A stretch of DNA of 64,000 nt from Candidatus Latescibacterota bacterium (GCA_965243025.1 CBDETY010000003.1:5408001-5472000), one strand, 5' to 3'. Positions 30,368-40,669 are shown, counted from the first letter of the stretch. Notes: generated from the letters alone by a model not told the origin. Program-made: numbers and translations.

Positions 30368-32617
30368 ATGTTACGGAAATATAACCCCGTCGCCTTATGG
30401 CTGTCGGCGGCACTGGTGCTGGCAGCGAACGCGGCCGCGGTGGCCGTGACCGAAGTGATCGTTGTCGGCGGCGAGGACGGCGCGGCCTGGGAGAGCGGCG
30501 GAGGCGATATACCCGCCACATTGATCCTCAGCGCCAAATCGGTCGAGCACACGAACGCCCCCGGCGGCGTCGTCGACTTCGACCCCCTCGACAGGCCCAA
30601 CTGGATCTTCCCACAGCAAGCGGACACGTCAGACAACATCCTGATAGGGTTTGATTCCGCTGCGCGCGGCGGCAATGTGTTCACGCCGATCCCCTCCTTC
30701 CGGCACCTCGAGAGCGGCTTCTCCAACCTGCACGACAACGACGGTGACACGGCGCTGGAGGTGACAGCCGAATCTTCGGGATCGAGCGCGGGGGCGTTCG
30801 GTCTGATCTTTCAATTCGACCTCGGCGCGATTTTTGGCGTCAACCGCATTCGTTTCTTCCCGCGCAACGCCGCTGAAGACTTTCCCTCGCGTCTGTTCCC
30901 CAATCAACGAAAATTCCTCAAGGGATTCGAGATGTTCGTCAACGACGGATCGCCCGAGTCCATTCGAGACGAATCCCTCATCTGGGAGACGATCGCGCTC
31001 GTGGGCCAGAACGAGGATGCGGTAGTCGATATTCGCATCCCCACCCGGATTGTCCGCCACATCAGGCTGAAGTCCCTGACGCAGACGAGCTTTGAAATCG
31101 CCGAGTTTCAGGTTTTCACCGAGGGGTTCGTGCCGCAGGCGCGCTACGTGTCGAACATTTTCGATTTCGGACAGCAGGCCATTCTCGGCAACCTCCGCTA
31201 CATCGTCGAACAGCAGGGCGACCCGCAGCGATCTGACGTTCAGATCCGCACTCGAGCCGGCATCGATCCCAATCCGGTGGAGTTCACGCGGATCGGGTTG
31301 CAGCCTTCAGGCAGAGTGATAAAGCGCGTTGATCGAGCGAGCCTCGAGCCGGTTCCGATCGACGCGCCGTGGAAGCCGGCGGGGGAAGTGGAAGACGGCG
31401 AGCTATCCGACCTGATCAGCAATGTCCTCGACGACCCGGACGGCGACGGCCGCGAATCGCTGCTGCTCTACAACAGCCTGTCCCTCGAGGATCGCGAGAA
31501 GATCACCCTCGACGAAGACAGCTACTTCGATCTCGACAAAGAGGAGCGCTCGATCATCCGCGACGACCTCACCAACTGGAGCCCGTGGTCGCCGCCGTAC
31601 CCACTCACGGCCGTCGTAGGCGACACCGCGCTCGGCGAATCGACTGCCGGGACCGCGATCTTCGCCTCCGGTCCGCGCCGCTATTTCCAGTTCATGGCCG
31701 AATTCTCCAGCGAGACCTTCGACGCCGGGTCCGGGGTCGGGGCGCTGGCGTTCGACGTCTCGCGCCCGGCATTCGCCGACTCTCTCATCGCCGAGATCTT
31801 TCCGCGCGCCAGCACCTCGGGAGCGGAGACCGATTTCACGTATGCCGTCCTCTACACGAGCAAGGGCGCCGATATCGGTTTCGACCGGCTCCAGATCACC
31901 ACGCCGATCAAGACGCGCGAGATCGGGCTGGTCCAGTTCATCGCCACCGACGGCTCGGTCCAGAGCGAGGCCGATTTTACCGGCGTATCTCTCGATCAGC
32001 TTCCCATATCTCGCGGTGATGTGACGGTAACGGAGGTCACAGACGAAGACTTCACGCTGTCCTTCCCCCGCGTCGAGACCAGCGGGACCCTGTTGAAGGT
32101 CGCGTTCAAGAACACGGTGCTGAGGGTGGGCACGCGCTTCGCCGGGCTGGCGCTGAATTCCGATGATCTCACCTTCGGCCAGCCGGTAGAAGCGGGGAAC
32201 GCGGCGGATCTGAGCCTGCCGGAGCTGCAGGACCCGGACACCGAAGCGATAGGGACGACGATCACGAGCAACCTGTTCGTCGACGTACCGGTGATAGACG
32301 CGCTGTTGATAAACGTCTCGGCGGGCTCGGGGATCTTCACGCCGAACGGAGACGGCATCAACGACATCGCGCAGATCGAGTACGACGTCACCAATATCGC
32401 CCGCCTCACCGAGGTCACAGTCACGATATTCGATCTTTCCGGGAGAAGGGTGAGATCGTTCACCCAGTCCCAGGACAGCGGTCGTTACGCCCAGGAATGG
32501 GACGGGCGCAACGCAGCCGGCACCACCGTGCCGCCGGGCACCTACCTGTACCTCGTAGCGCTCGACGCGGGAACCGGCTTCGAGAAGGTACCGGGGGTAA
32601 TCAGCGTCGCGTACTAG
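30368..32617 (+). CDS. Secreted protein with C-terminal 'FTPNGDGIND' + FlgD-Ig domain, class III
   Basis: Signal peptide; FQFDLGAIFGVNRIRFFPR; FEIAEFQVFTEGF; WSPWSPPY; tail FTPNGDGIND...FDLSGRRVR...WDGRN..VPPGTY. Confidence 0.78.
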   Translation: MLRKYNPVALWLSAALVLAANAAAVAVTEVIVVGGEDGAAWESGGGDIPATLILSAKSVEHTNAPGGVVDFDPLDRPNWIFPQQADTSDNILIGFDSAARGGNVFTPIPSFRHLESGFSNLHDNDGDTALEVTAESSGSSAGAFGLIFQFDLGAIFGVNRIRFFPRNAAEDFPSRLFPNQRKFLKGFEMFVNDGSPESIRDESLIWETIALVGQNEDAVVDIRIPTRIVRHIRLKSLTQTSFEIAEFQVFTEGFVPQARYVSNIFDFGQQAILGNLRYIVEQQGDPQRSDVQIRTRAGIDPNPVEFTRIGLQPSGRVIKRVDRASLEPVPIDAPWKPAGEVEDGELSDLISNVLDDPDGDGRESLLLYNSLSLEDREKITLDEDSYFDLDKEERSIIRDDLTNWSPWSPPYPLTAVVGDTALGESTAGTAIFASGPRRYFQFMAEFSSETFDAGSGVGALAFDVSRPAFADSLIAEIFPRASTSGAETDFTYAVLYTSKGADIGFDRLQITTPIKTREIGLVQFIATDGSVQSEADFTGVSLDQLPISRGDVTVTEVTDEDFTLSFPRVETSGTLLKVAFKNTVLRVGTRFAGLALNSDDLTFGQPVEAGNAADLSLPELQDPDTEAIGTTITSNLFVDVPVIDALLINVSAGSGIFTPNGDGINDIAQIEYDVTNIARLTEVTVTIFDLSGRRVRSFTQSQDSGRYAQEWDGRNAAGTTVPPGTYLYLVALDAGTGFEKVPGVISVAY

Positions 32618-32694
32618 CACGCCGGCAAACCGCGCCACACGCCGAACCCGGCAGCCAGCCAGACCGGATTAGCCAAATACAGGGAGGGTCTGTC

Positions 32695-35505
32695 TTGCAC
32701 AGCCATCGTAAAGGTCGAGGAGGCGAACTGTACCGCTCGCTCCTGGCCGCTTGCCTGGTGCAGTTCGCACTGAGCGCAACCGCATTCGCCCAGGACTACG
32801 GCAGCCGCCTCGGGGTGCAGCGCGGAGGCAGTGTGAGCTTCGAGCCTACCGGGCCGGGAGTAATTTTCGGGGCACTGGACCCGACGGTGCGGCGATGGTA
32901 CGTGCCGCAGGAGTTATACAATGAATATGGCTGGCGGCAGTGGGAATACTCCAACTACGCGCGTCAGCCGTACCAGCGGTACGTCAGCACCAATCTCGAG
33001 GGCGGCTACTTCTACGACCTCTTCGGCGATTTCGTCAGCCGCGGCTGGCTGATCTACGACTGGCGCCAGGACCAGCCCGTCAAAGAGGGCAGCAGCATCT
33101 TCAAAGGCTCGAACTTCAACGGCTTCTTCAGCAGCCTCACCGTGAGCAGCGACTCCCAGGGGCAGTACGCGTACGCCATCACCGTCGGCAACCGGATCCG
33201 CAGCACGCTGACGCCGATGACGTTCTCGAAGCCGAATTTCAACGGCGTGCAGATAGACTTTGCCGCAGACAAGTACTCGGCCACGGTCCTCGCTTCGCGA
33301 ATCAGCGACCCCGCCGAGGGCACGACCCTGACTCCGAGGCAGTGGACCAACTCGACGAGCCTCGTAGGGGGGCGGGCGACCATCCAGGTGGGCGACTTCA
33401 TAACCGTGGGTGGAACCCTGGTCGACGCCCGCAACGCCAACACCTCTCTCGACATGTTCTCGGGCAACTTCATCGCCGGCAACCTGACGTCGGGGCAGAG
33501 CAGCACCCCCGTATCGGCGATCGCCATCGTGCTCAGCGACGACTCTCCCGAAGACGGGGAGGGAGGCGCCGCTCTCTTCAGCCACGACATCCGCGTGCGC
33601 ACCAAAGACTTCGAGTCCGGTCTCGAGCAGGTGCTGACCCTCGAACAGGTCGTGCGGCCGGGCGCCGAGTGGCCGGCTATCTTCGGCGGATTCCAGCGCG
33701 AGGGGTTTCTCGCCGCTGACGGCAACGAACGCGTCATCCTCAACTACGACTTCACGGACCCCGCCTACATCGGGCCCGACCTCACGAGCATAATCGACGT
33801 CGAGTTCGAATACCTCGTCGCCAACGATTACAAGATTCAGATGTGGTCGAACCGGCAGACGGGCCGGCGCGACACGCCGCCGTCACCGCTGACGAGCGCC
33901 GTCATCGACGAGTCCGAGCCGGTGCTGCTGACCATCAAGCGCGCCGGCGGCAACATCAAGGACATTTCGAATGTGCGCGTCGTGAAGTTCAACTACGGAC
34001 TGCCGACGGCGAACCTGATCGGCGGTTTCACGATCGAGGGCAAGGACGTGCTGGGGTGGGACTTCTACGGCGAGTGGGACCGCAACAAGCGCTACTCGCA
34101 GTACCCGAACGCGGCCCTGTTCGCCGCCGACGAGGGACATGAGATCTCCTCTGAGACGTCCGAAGCGACCCTGTTCACCATCTCCAAGCAGGAGTACCCC
34201 TACTTCGCCTTCGGCGAGTTCTACTCGATCGACGGCGACTACTCGACCAGCGCCTTCGTCACCGACGCGGAAGGCCAGCTGCGCTACGACTTTCCCCTGC
34301 ATCACGTGTACGAGTTCGTCGAGGACAACGACGACCAGGACAGCCGGCCCGACTGGGCGCGCGTCGGCAACCAGTCGGTCGACAGGCAGGTGTTCCCCGG
34401 TTGGGACGAGAACAACGACTTCATTTCCGATTTCAACCAGAATGACAACGCGTCAGTGCCTAACATCGTACCCGACTACGACGAGCCGTTCCTCAGGCAC
34501 TACGTAGACCGCCCCGAGTTCCTGTTTGGCATCGACCTCAACAACAACGGTTGGATCGACCGCTTCGAGGACGACGAGCTGCCGGACTACCCGTACAAAG
34601 CCGACCGCCGGGGTTACAACGTCTTCGCCGGGTTTCATCTGACGCCGGAATCCCGCGTCTTCGCCGGCCGCGTAGACGAGCGCATGTTCACCGACGATCG
34701 CGACAACCGCACGACGTACGGCATGTTCACCTTCGACAAGGACTACGCCGGCCTCGGCAGGCTGCGGATCTTCGACATGCTGAAGCGCGTCGAAGACACG
34801 ATCCCCGAGGATCGCCGAGCTCCGGCGCCGTTCCGCACGGCGCCGGCCCAGCCGCTCGTCAACGACATCCTCCCGGCGCCCGACACCTGGGTCAACACCG
34901 CCTGGATCGGCTTCGACTACACGGCGATTCCTCGGCTCAAGCTGATCAACAAGCTCAAGTACGAATTCTACAATCACGCCCAGGACGATCCGCGCGACAT
35001 CGACGGACGCCAGCTCCAGGGCGTCACCAACTTCTTCGGCCTCATCAACAAGGTCGAATACAACTACGCGATCGGCGCTCTCGAGCTGCAGCCGAAGCTC
35101 AAGAGCGAGCTGCTGAGCCAGGAGTCGTTCGCCAAGGAGGACGACGATCGCCGTCACTGGACCGGGCTGGCGACGCTGCTGGCTCAAGTGCCCGTTTTGC
35201 GGCGCAGCTCCATCACCGCCGGTGTCGAGCTCGCGCAGTTCGCCGACAGGGAGATCGACGAGGACGAGCTCGTCGACACGGGTCAGGCAGGGGAGACGGG
35301 AGATCAGCGCTCGGCCATCTTCGCGCTGCAGCTGAACAACCTGTCACAATACCTCGGGTACCGGTTGACGACCCAGGTCGGTCTGCGCTTCGGCCGCATT
35401 TTCCGGGAGCTCGTCGAACAGACCGAGCCGGGTGAGTACAAGAAGAAGTTCGAGGGGCGGACGGAGACGACCAGCTTCATAACGATCTATGCGGGAATCG
35501 AGTGA
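32695..35505 (+). CDS. Large secreted hypothetical protein, predicted outer-membrane beta-barrel with Ca-binding-like loops (paralog 1)
   Basis: GGGAGG RBS + TTG; signal peptide ending AFA; many amphipathic strands; DNDDQD, DENNDFISD, DLNNNGWID loops; terminal strand TTSFITIYAGIE. Barrel topology is inferred. Confidence 0.65.
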   Translation: MHSHRKGRGGELYRSLLAACLVQFALSATAFAQDYGSRLGVQRGGSVSFEPTGPGVIFGALDPTVRRWYVPQELYNEYGWRQWEYSNYARQPYQRYVSTNLEGGYFYDLFGDFVSRGWLIYDWRQDQPVKEGSSIFKGSNFNGFFSSLTVSSDSQGQYAYAITVGNRIRSTLTPMTFSKPNFNGVQIDFAADKYSATVLASRISDPAEGTTLTPRQWTNSTSLVGGRATIQVGDFITVGGTLVDARNANTSLDMFSGNFIAGNLTSGQSSTPVSAIAIVLSDDSPEDGEGGAALFSHDIRVRTKDFESGLEQVLTLEQVVRPGAEWPAIFGGFQREGFLAADGNERVILNYDFTDPAYIGPDLTSIIDVEFEYLVANDYKIQMWSNRQTGRRDTPPSPLTSAVIDESEPVLLTIKRAGGNIKDISNVRVVKFNYGLPTANLIGGFTIEGKDVLGWDFYGEWDRNKRYSQYPNAALFAADEGHEISSETSEATLFTISKQEYPYFAFGEFYSIDGDYSTSAFVTDAEGQLRYDFPLHHVYEFVEDNDDQDSRPDWARVGNQSVDRQVFPGWDENNDFISDFNQNDNASVPNIVPDYDEPFLRHYVDRPEFLFGIDLNNNGWIDRFEDDELPDYPYKADRRGYNVFAGFHLTPESRVFAGRVDERMFTDDRDNRTTYGMFTFDKDYAGLGRLRIFDMLKRVEDTIPEDRRAPAPFRTAPAQPLVNDILPAPDTWVNTAWIGFDYTAIPRLKLINKLKYEFYNHAQDDPRDIDGRQLQGVTNFFGLINKVEYNYAIGALELQPKLKSELLSQESFAKEDDDRRHWTGLATLLAQVPVLRRSSITAGVELAQFADREIDEDELVDTGQAGETGDQRSAIFALQLNNLSQYLGYRLTTQVGLRFGRIFRELVEQTEPGEYKKKFEGRTETTSFITIYAGIE

Positions 35506-38456
35506 TGAGTAGCTGCGCGCGAATTCCTGGAGCAGTTGCCTTCGCGGCGCTGCTCCTCGGCACCGCCGAGATCGAAGCCCAGCAGGACTACGGGACCCGC
35601 CTGGGGTCCCGGGTAGGCGACCGCCAGTTGTACAGGGCGTCCGGCGTCTACAGCTACATGGATGCCCTTGATCCCACTGTCCAGCGCTGGTACCTCGCGC
35701 CCGTTCACTTCAGCCAGTGGGGCCGGCAACAGTGGGAGTACACCAACTGGGCGTCCCGCCGCCAGCGGCGTTACGTCGACGCCGGACTCGAGGGCGATAA
35801 CTACTACGACTTCTTCGGCGACAGGATCACCCAGGGATGGCTCGTCTACGACTGGCGCCAGACGCAGCCGGTCATCTCCGAGGCATCGCGGGTCCGCAAG
35901 GCGAGCCGCTACAACAACTGGTTCAATCGCCTGGTCATCGCCCAGGACCTGAGCGGCGGCCGCGGTTTCTCGTTCGTGCTGGGCGACGAGATCCGCACGA
36001 CGCTGACCCCGATGACCTTCAGCAAGGCCGGTTTCAACGGGCTGGTGACCGAGTACACAGGCGAGCGGTTTCACGCCACCGGTCTGTTCTCGCGCGTGTC
36101 GCGCCCCATGATCAGCGGCGGCACCGGCATTTTTCAGAGTTGGACGAACCTCGCTGCCGGGCGCGCCACCGCCGACGTCACCGACTTTCTCACTCTCGGT
36201 GTCACCTACATCAACGCCCATCACGGCACCGGCTCGGCCGAGGCCTTCGAAAGCAACGCCTTCAAGGGCATCCTGAACGCCGAGCAGCTGTCCGAGCGAC
36301 TCGGCCTGCTCGCGCTGCGCCTCGCCGACGACTCACCCGAAGACGACGAGGGCGGGGCCATTCTCTTCAGCGACGACATCGAGATCTCGACCACGCTGAC
36401 GCGGGAGACCGAGGTCGACGGCGAGATGGTGATGGTCGAAACGGACACGGTGTTTTCGGCCAACTCCGTCGAGTTTCGGCCTCTGATCGAAGGGGGAAAG
36501 CTGCAGCAGGGCTTCCTCACGGCTGACGGCGCCGAAGATATCGTGATGAAATACTTCTTCGCCCCCGAGGAAGGCCAGGACGAGTCGTCGACGCTCAGGG
36601 CCAAGCTGCAGCAGCACCTCGGCCTGACGCTCGACGAGGCGGAGAACGCGATATCGGCGATCGAGAACGTGCGCTTCCGCCTGGTGCTGGCGAACGACTA
36701 CCTGGTGGAGATGAGCTCGAACAGGCAGACCGACCTCTTCGGCGTGCCGCAGTTTCGCGTCGTAACGCGGGCCGACGGCAACATCAAGAACCAGCTGAAC
36801 CAGCGCGAAGTGGTTTTCGACTACGGTATCCCAACGGCAAACCAGATATTCGGATTTACTACCGAGATCCGCGATTTTCACGGGGTCGATTTTTACGGCG
36901 AGGTCAATGTCAACACCGAATACCGGCAGTACCCCGCCATCGGCCGCACCAAACACAAGGCCCTGTCGGGCATCGAGGGCGACCGCAACGCCCTCGGATG
37001 GATGGCCAATCTCTCCTGGAAAGAGGGGCCCTGGTCGGTGTTTGCCGAGGGTTTCGGCATGGACGACGGCTATTCGACGAGCATCAAGCCACTGCGCGAG
37101 AGGGGAACGACAGATTACTCGCCCGAAGCGACCAACCTGCTCTACGACTACGTCGACGACAACGACGACAACGACAGGCACCCCGATCAGCTGCGGGTCG
37201 GCGAGGGCAGCCTGATCCCGCAACGCATCTTTCAGCGGGCCTCGAGCATCGAACTGCGGGGTACCGCCGATCCCGAAGTGTTCCCCGGGTACGACGAAAA
37301 CGGAGACTTCATTTCCGACTTCAATCAGAACAACCTGTTCGACCGCAGGAACTTCTTCCCCGATTACGAAGAACCCTTCCTGCGCTACCGCAGCGACCGA
37401 CCCGAGTTCCTGTTCGGGATGGACCTGAACAACAACGGCTGGGTCGATCGCTTCGAGAACGACGACGAGCCCGACTACCCCTACAAGAAGGACCACTGGG
37501 GCTACAACGTATACGGCGGCGCCGAGATCACGCCGGCGGCGAGATTTCGCGTGGGTCAGCTGCGGCAGGAGATGGAAAAGAGCGAGCGCGAAAACAGGAC
37601 GACGTACGCCATGGTGAGCATGGATGAAGACTTGGCGCAGTGGGGCCGGCTGCGGGTGTTCGACATGCTCAAGAGGACTCAAGACGACATCCCCGATCAC
37701 CTGGTGCAATGGGTCATGCCCCGGGCCGAATTCGGCGCTGCTTCCGAGTCGAGCGGCCGCCTCGAGGCGATTCAAGACCCGCTCGCCGCAGAGGACACCT
37801 GGATCAACACGCTCTACGGCGATTGGAGATACGAAAGCCGCAGCGGGTGGTCGACGTTCCACCGTTTCAAGTGGGAGACCTGGCGGCAGCAGGATGTCGA
37901 CGTCGAGTACCAGCTCGACGATGCCGGAGAACGCGTACTCGACGCCGACGGCGAGCCCATCGTGCTGTTCGACCCACTCGGCCCCGAAGAGCGCAACGGT
38001 CGCAAGACCTCCGGTTTCTTCGGTATCATCAACAAACTCGACCACGTGTTCTTTCTCGGGTCAGTGCGCGTGGATCCGCGGTACAAGAGCGAGTACTTGA
38101 GGGAGACGCCGTTCAGCCTCGGTCTCGACAAGAGGAAGTCATGGGATAACCTGTTCATGCTGCTGACCAGCGTACCCGCGTTCCGGGCCACCGTGTTTCA
38201 AGTCGGCCTGGAACAGCGCTTCTTCGTCAACCTCAGGGGGGACGAAGACGATTTACCGGCGGGCGACTTCACCGGTGACTTCCGCGGCTCCGTGCTGGCC
38301 CTGCAGCTGACTAACAAGAGCCAGTACCTCGGCTACGACCTGACCACCCAGCTCGGCATCCGGCTCGACCGCCGTTCTCTCGAGGTAGTCGATGGCGACC
38401 GTGAAACTCAGACATCGGGACTCTCATTCCTGTCAATTTTCGCGGGGCTCCGATAG
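35502..38456 (+). CDS. Large secreted hypothetical protein, predicted outer-membrane beta-barrel (paralog 2)
   Basis: Overlaps the stop of paralog 1; shares QDYG.RLG, ALDPTV.RWY, TLTPMTFSK..FNG, DLNNNGW.DRFE motifs; ends SFLSIFAGLR. Confidence 0.65.
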   Translation: MMSSCARIPGAVAFAALLLGTAEIEAQQDYGTRLGSRVGDRQLYRASGVYSYMDALDPTVQRWYLAPVHFSQWGRQQWEYTNWASRRQRRYVDAGLEGDNYYDFFGDRITQGWLVYDWRQTQPVISEASRVRKASRYNNWFNRLVIAQDLSGGRGFSFVLGDEIRTTLTPMTFSKAGFNGLVTEYTGERFHATGLFSRVSRPMISGGTGIFQSWTNLAAGRATADVTDFLTLGVTYINAHHGTGSAEAFESNAFKGILNAEQLSERLGLLALRLADDSPEDDEGGAILFSDDIEISTTLTRETEVDGEMVMVETDTVFSANSVEFRPLIEGGKLQQGFLTADGAEDIVMKYFFAPEEGQDESSTLRAKLQQHLGLTLDEAENAISAIENVRFRLVLANDYLVEMSSNRQTDLFGVPQFRVVTRADGNIKNQLNQREVVFDYGIPTANQIFGFTTEIRDFHGVDFYGEVNVNTEYRQYPAIGRTKHKALSGIEGDRNALGWMANLSWKEGPWSVFAEGFGMDDGYSTSIKPLRERGTTDYSPEATNLLYDYVDDNDDNDRHPDQLRVGEGSLIPQRIFQRASSIELRGTADPEVFPGYDENGDFISDFNQNNLFDRRNFFPDYEEPFLRYRSDRPEFLFGMDLNNNGWVDRFENDDEPDYPYKKDHWGYNVYGGAEITPAARFRVGQLRQEMEKSERENRTTYAMVSMDEDLAQWGRLRVFDMLKRTQDDIPDHLVQWVMPRAEFGAASESSGRLEAIQDPLAAEDTWINTLYGDWRYESRSGWSTFHRFKWETWRQQDVDVEYQLDDAGERVLDADGEPIVLFDPLGPEERNGRKTSGFFGIINKLDHVFFLGSVRVDPRYKSEYLRETPFSLGLDKRKSWDNLFMLLTSVPAFRATVFQVGLEQRFFVNLRGDEDDLPAGDFTGDFRGSVLALQLTNKSQYLGYDLTTQLGIRLDRRSLEVVDGDRETQTSGLSFLSIFAGLR

Positions 38457-38597
38457 GAGTCTTCTCTCCAAGTTATTGATTTTGTTCAATTAATGTGTAA
38501 ACATTCAAAATGCACCACATCTTCGTTCAGGATCTGCTACATCGGTATTAGAAATTGCTTGACCTGCCGTGTATAAATCAGTACCTAGTAGCTCTCT

Positions 38598-39382
38598 ACG
38601 GGGATCTCAGCGAGTGGGACATCATTCCCCCCGAGCTGTGGATCACCGAGCAGGACGTCGTCAACAGCTCCGACAGGGTGACGGCCTACACCGGAGACAT
38701 CGATGTCTCCTCCATGTCCTTCCGCTGGGTGCTCAGCTGGAACGACGAGACCAATCGCATCTACTTCGGCTACGAGCGCTTCGACGACAAGCACTGGGGC
38801 GGCGGCGAGCACTACGAGGGCGCCATGGACGCCGACCATAGCGGCGGTACCTTCTGGGATATCGAAGGTATGACCGACGAGGAGGCCCAGCGCCAGCGCG
38901 GTCGCCATGCCCAGATTTTTGGCTGGCATTTCGACTGGGAGGAGAGATGGTCGAACAACTGGATGACGCAGGCCGACTGGTACGACGACCCGCTGTATAC
39001 CGACCACGTCCACCGCGTCGAGGGCGTTCCTGGATCGACTGACGAGACCCGCCTCTTCGCCGAGTGGTACCAGATCTACTGGGACGACTTCAACTGGGAA
39101 GATCCTGAGGGAAGCATCGTGCACGAATTCGAAGACGATCAGATCATCGGCTACAGTGCTCACGTGTACGATAAGGACGATGCTTACGAAGACGAAAACG
39201 GCGAAACCAGAGAAGACTGCAACTGCCACTCGCGCTGGACCCTCAGCCCGAACGTCGAGTCGTTCGGCAATGCCGACTACCTCGCCGACTTCCTCATTCT
39301 GCCGATCGACGACAGCGCCAATTTCGTCACGGCAGTCGAAGAAGACAGCTGGGGCAGAATCAAGGCTTCGCTGGCCAAATAA
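38598..39382 (+). pseudogene. 5'-truncated duplicate of the CBM9/DOMON-like SWGRIK-tail gene
   Basis: 38598-39487 matches 53636-54525 with no difference seen; lacks RBS, signal peptide and first ~45 codons. Confidence 0.88.
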
Positions 39383-39405
39383 TCAGGCTGGCACAGCCGA
39401 TCATG

Positions 39406-39442
39406 AGGGATGGATCCGATTACCGGGTCCATCCCTTTTTTT
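39406..39442 (+). terminator. Intrinsic terminator
   Basis: gggatggatccg-attac-cgggtccatccc stem followed by T7, just after stop codon. Confidence 0.88.
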
Positions 39443-39500
39443 CGTACATTTCGCGGTATCTCGGTGTCTACGCGAAGCACGAACGGAATCAGGTATTACT

Positions 39501-40291
39501 ATGGCTAAACTGACGATGGGGGCGTTCCTAACTAATAGCCTCATGGCTGGCTGGCTACAGTCAGGTCGACGCACTGACCATTTACCGCCTCGGCGGAGAG
39601 GATCTCCCCGCGCCGGAAAAGGCAGAAGAGGTCGGTGTCGACTTCGTTCAGCTGATGTGGGAGGACCTCGACGAGGACCAGTTCGGTAGCGCTCACCAGC
39701 TCGAATTGACGGGATTTGCCGAGCCGGTGCGACTCGACCCCACCGTCAACCTCACGCCGCTTCTCAGGGACCGGGGCGGCGTGGTCAAGTTGAACAACTC
39801 GTACTCCTTCCTCGATCACCCCTCACTGGACTTTCTGTTCGACGGCGACTACGACACCGCCTTCTCCGGGCTGCGGGGGGACCAGAGCGGGAGCGCCTTC
39901 GTCAAATCGATCTGGTTCGGCCTGGGCGGTCTCTTTCCCATCAGCCGGGTGGTGATTCAACCGACAACCGACCACCACCACGACCGGTTCATTCCCGAAT
40001 TCACGTTGGGAACCAACGACGGGGACGAAAAGGAAGAAGGGGACCCGCGAAGGGAGTTACTGGTTTCGCGGCCGCTTCGTCGACTTCGAGATCCGGTTTC
40101 ACCGCAAGGAAAACACCGAATCCGTCCTCGACCTGCACCTGCCCGACGAGCCGATCGAGAACATGTATTTTCTGGCACCGTCGGCAAACTGGGAGATCGC
40201 CGAGCTCGAGATCTACGGCGACGGCTTTGCCTCGCGGGCAAACTACATCTCCAACATCGTCGATCTCGGTGGGCGCTCGAGCCTGGGCAAT
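39501..40291 (+). pseudogene. Frameshifted, 3'-truncated paralog of the class I FlgD-Ig protein
   Basis: MAKLTMGAFL/IASWLAGYSQVDA-LTIYRLGGEDLP (CTAA duplication at 39528-39535); second shift near 40030; WEIAELEIYGDGFASRANYISNIVDLG; ends at 40291. Confidence 0.85.
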
Positions 40292-40410
40292 CGACAACTC
40301 CGGTGACATCACAGCGATGCTGATCATTAACGGACGTTCGCTCAACAATGAATTCGCGAGAGTCAGAGATTGATGAGTTCCATTCCAGATGAGCTTCGAG
40401 ATGATCCTGA
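40292..40410 (+). repeat. Diverged inverted copy of the serine-hydrolase 3' end / adenylyltransferase 5' end (about 54757-54876)
   Basis: cgacaactccggtgacatcacagcgatgctgatcattaacggacgttcgctc is the reverse complement of about 54825-54876; several substitutions follow. Confidence 0.85.
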
Positions 40411-40669
40411 GTAAAAGCCAGGCGGCAACCGCAAGAGCAGTCCCAACCAGATAGCCACCAGACAGATTCGAGATGGGATCTAGCAACATCGGCCTATCAC
40501 CCCCACCCGCCACAATACATAGTGCATAGTCCGGTTAAATGGATAGCCCCAACCTGTAGTATCCGAGGCGCGGTGCGCCATTGTAGAAATATCCGATTCC
40601 CGTCCAACATCTCCCACCATTGGCCATCCTTTAAGAGGCGGGTTGTCGCGCAGGGCCATGCGGGCAGAC

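Noticed and set aside
38598-39487. Duplicate of the CBM9-like gene as a DGR template/variable repeat pair
   Set aside because: No adenine-specific differences were seen between copies and no reverse transcriptase is in the window
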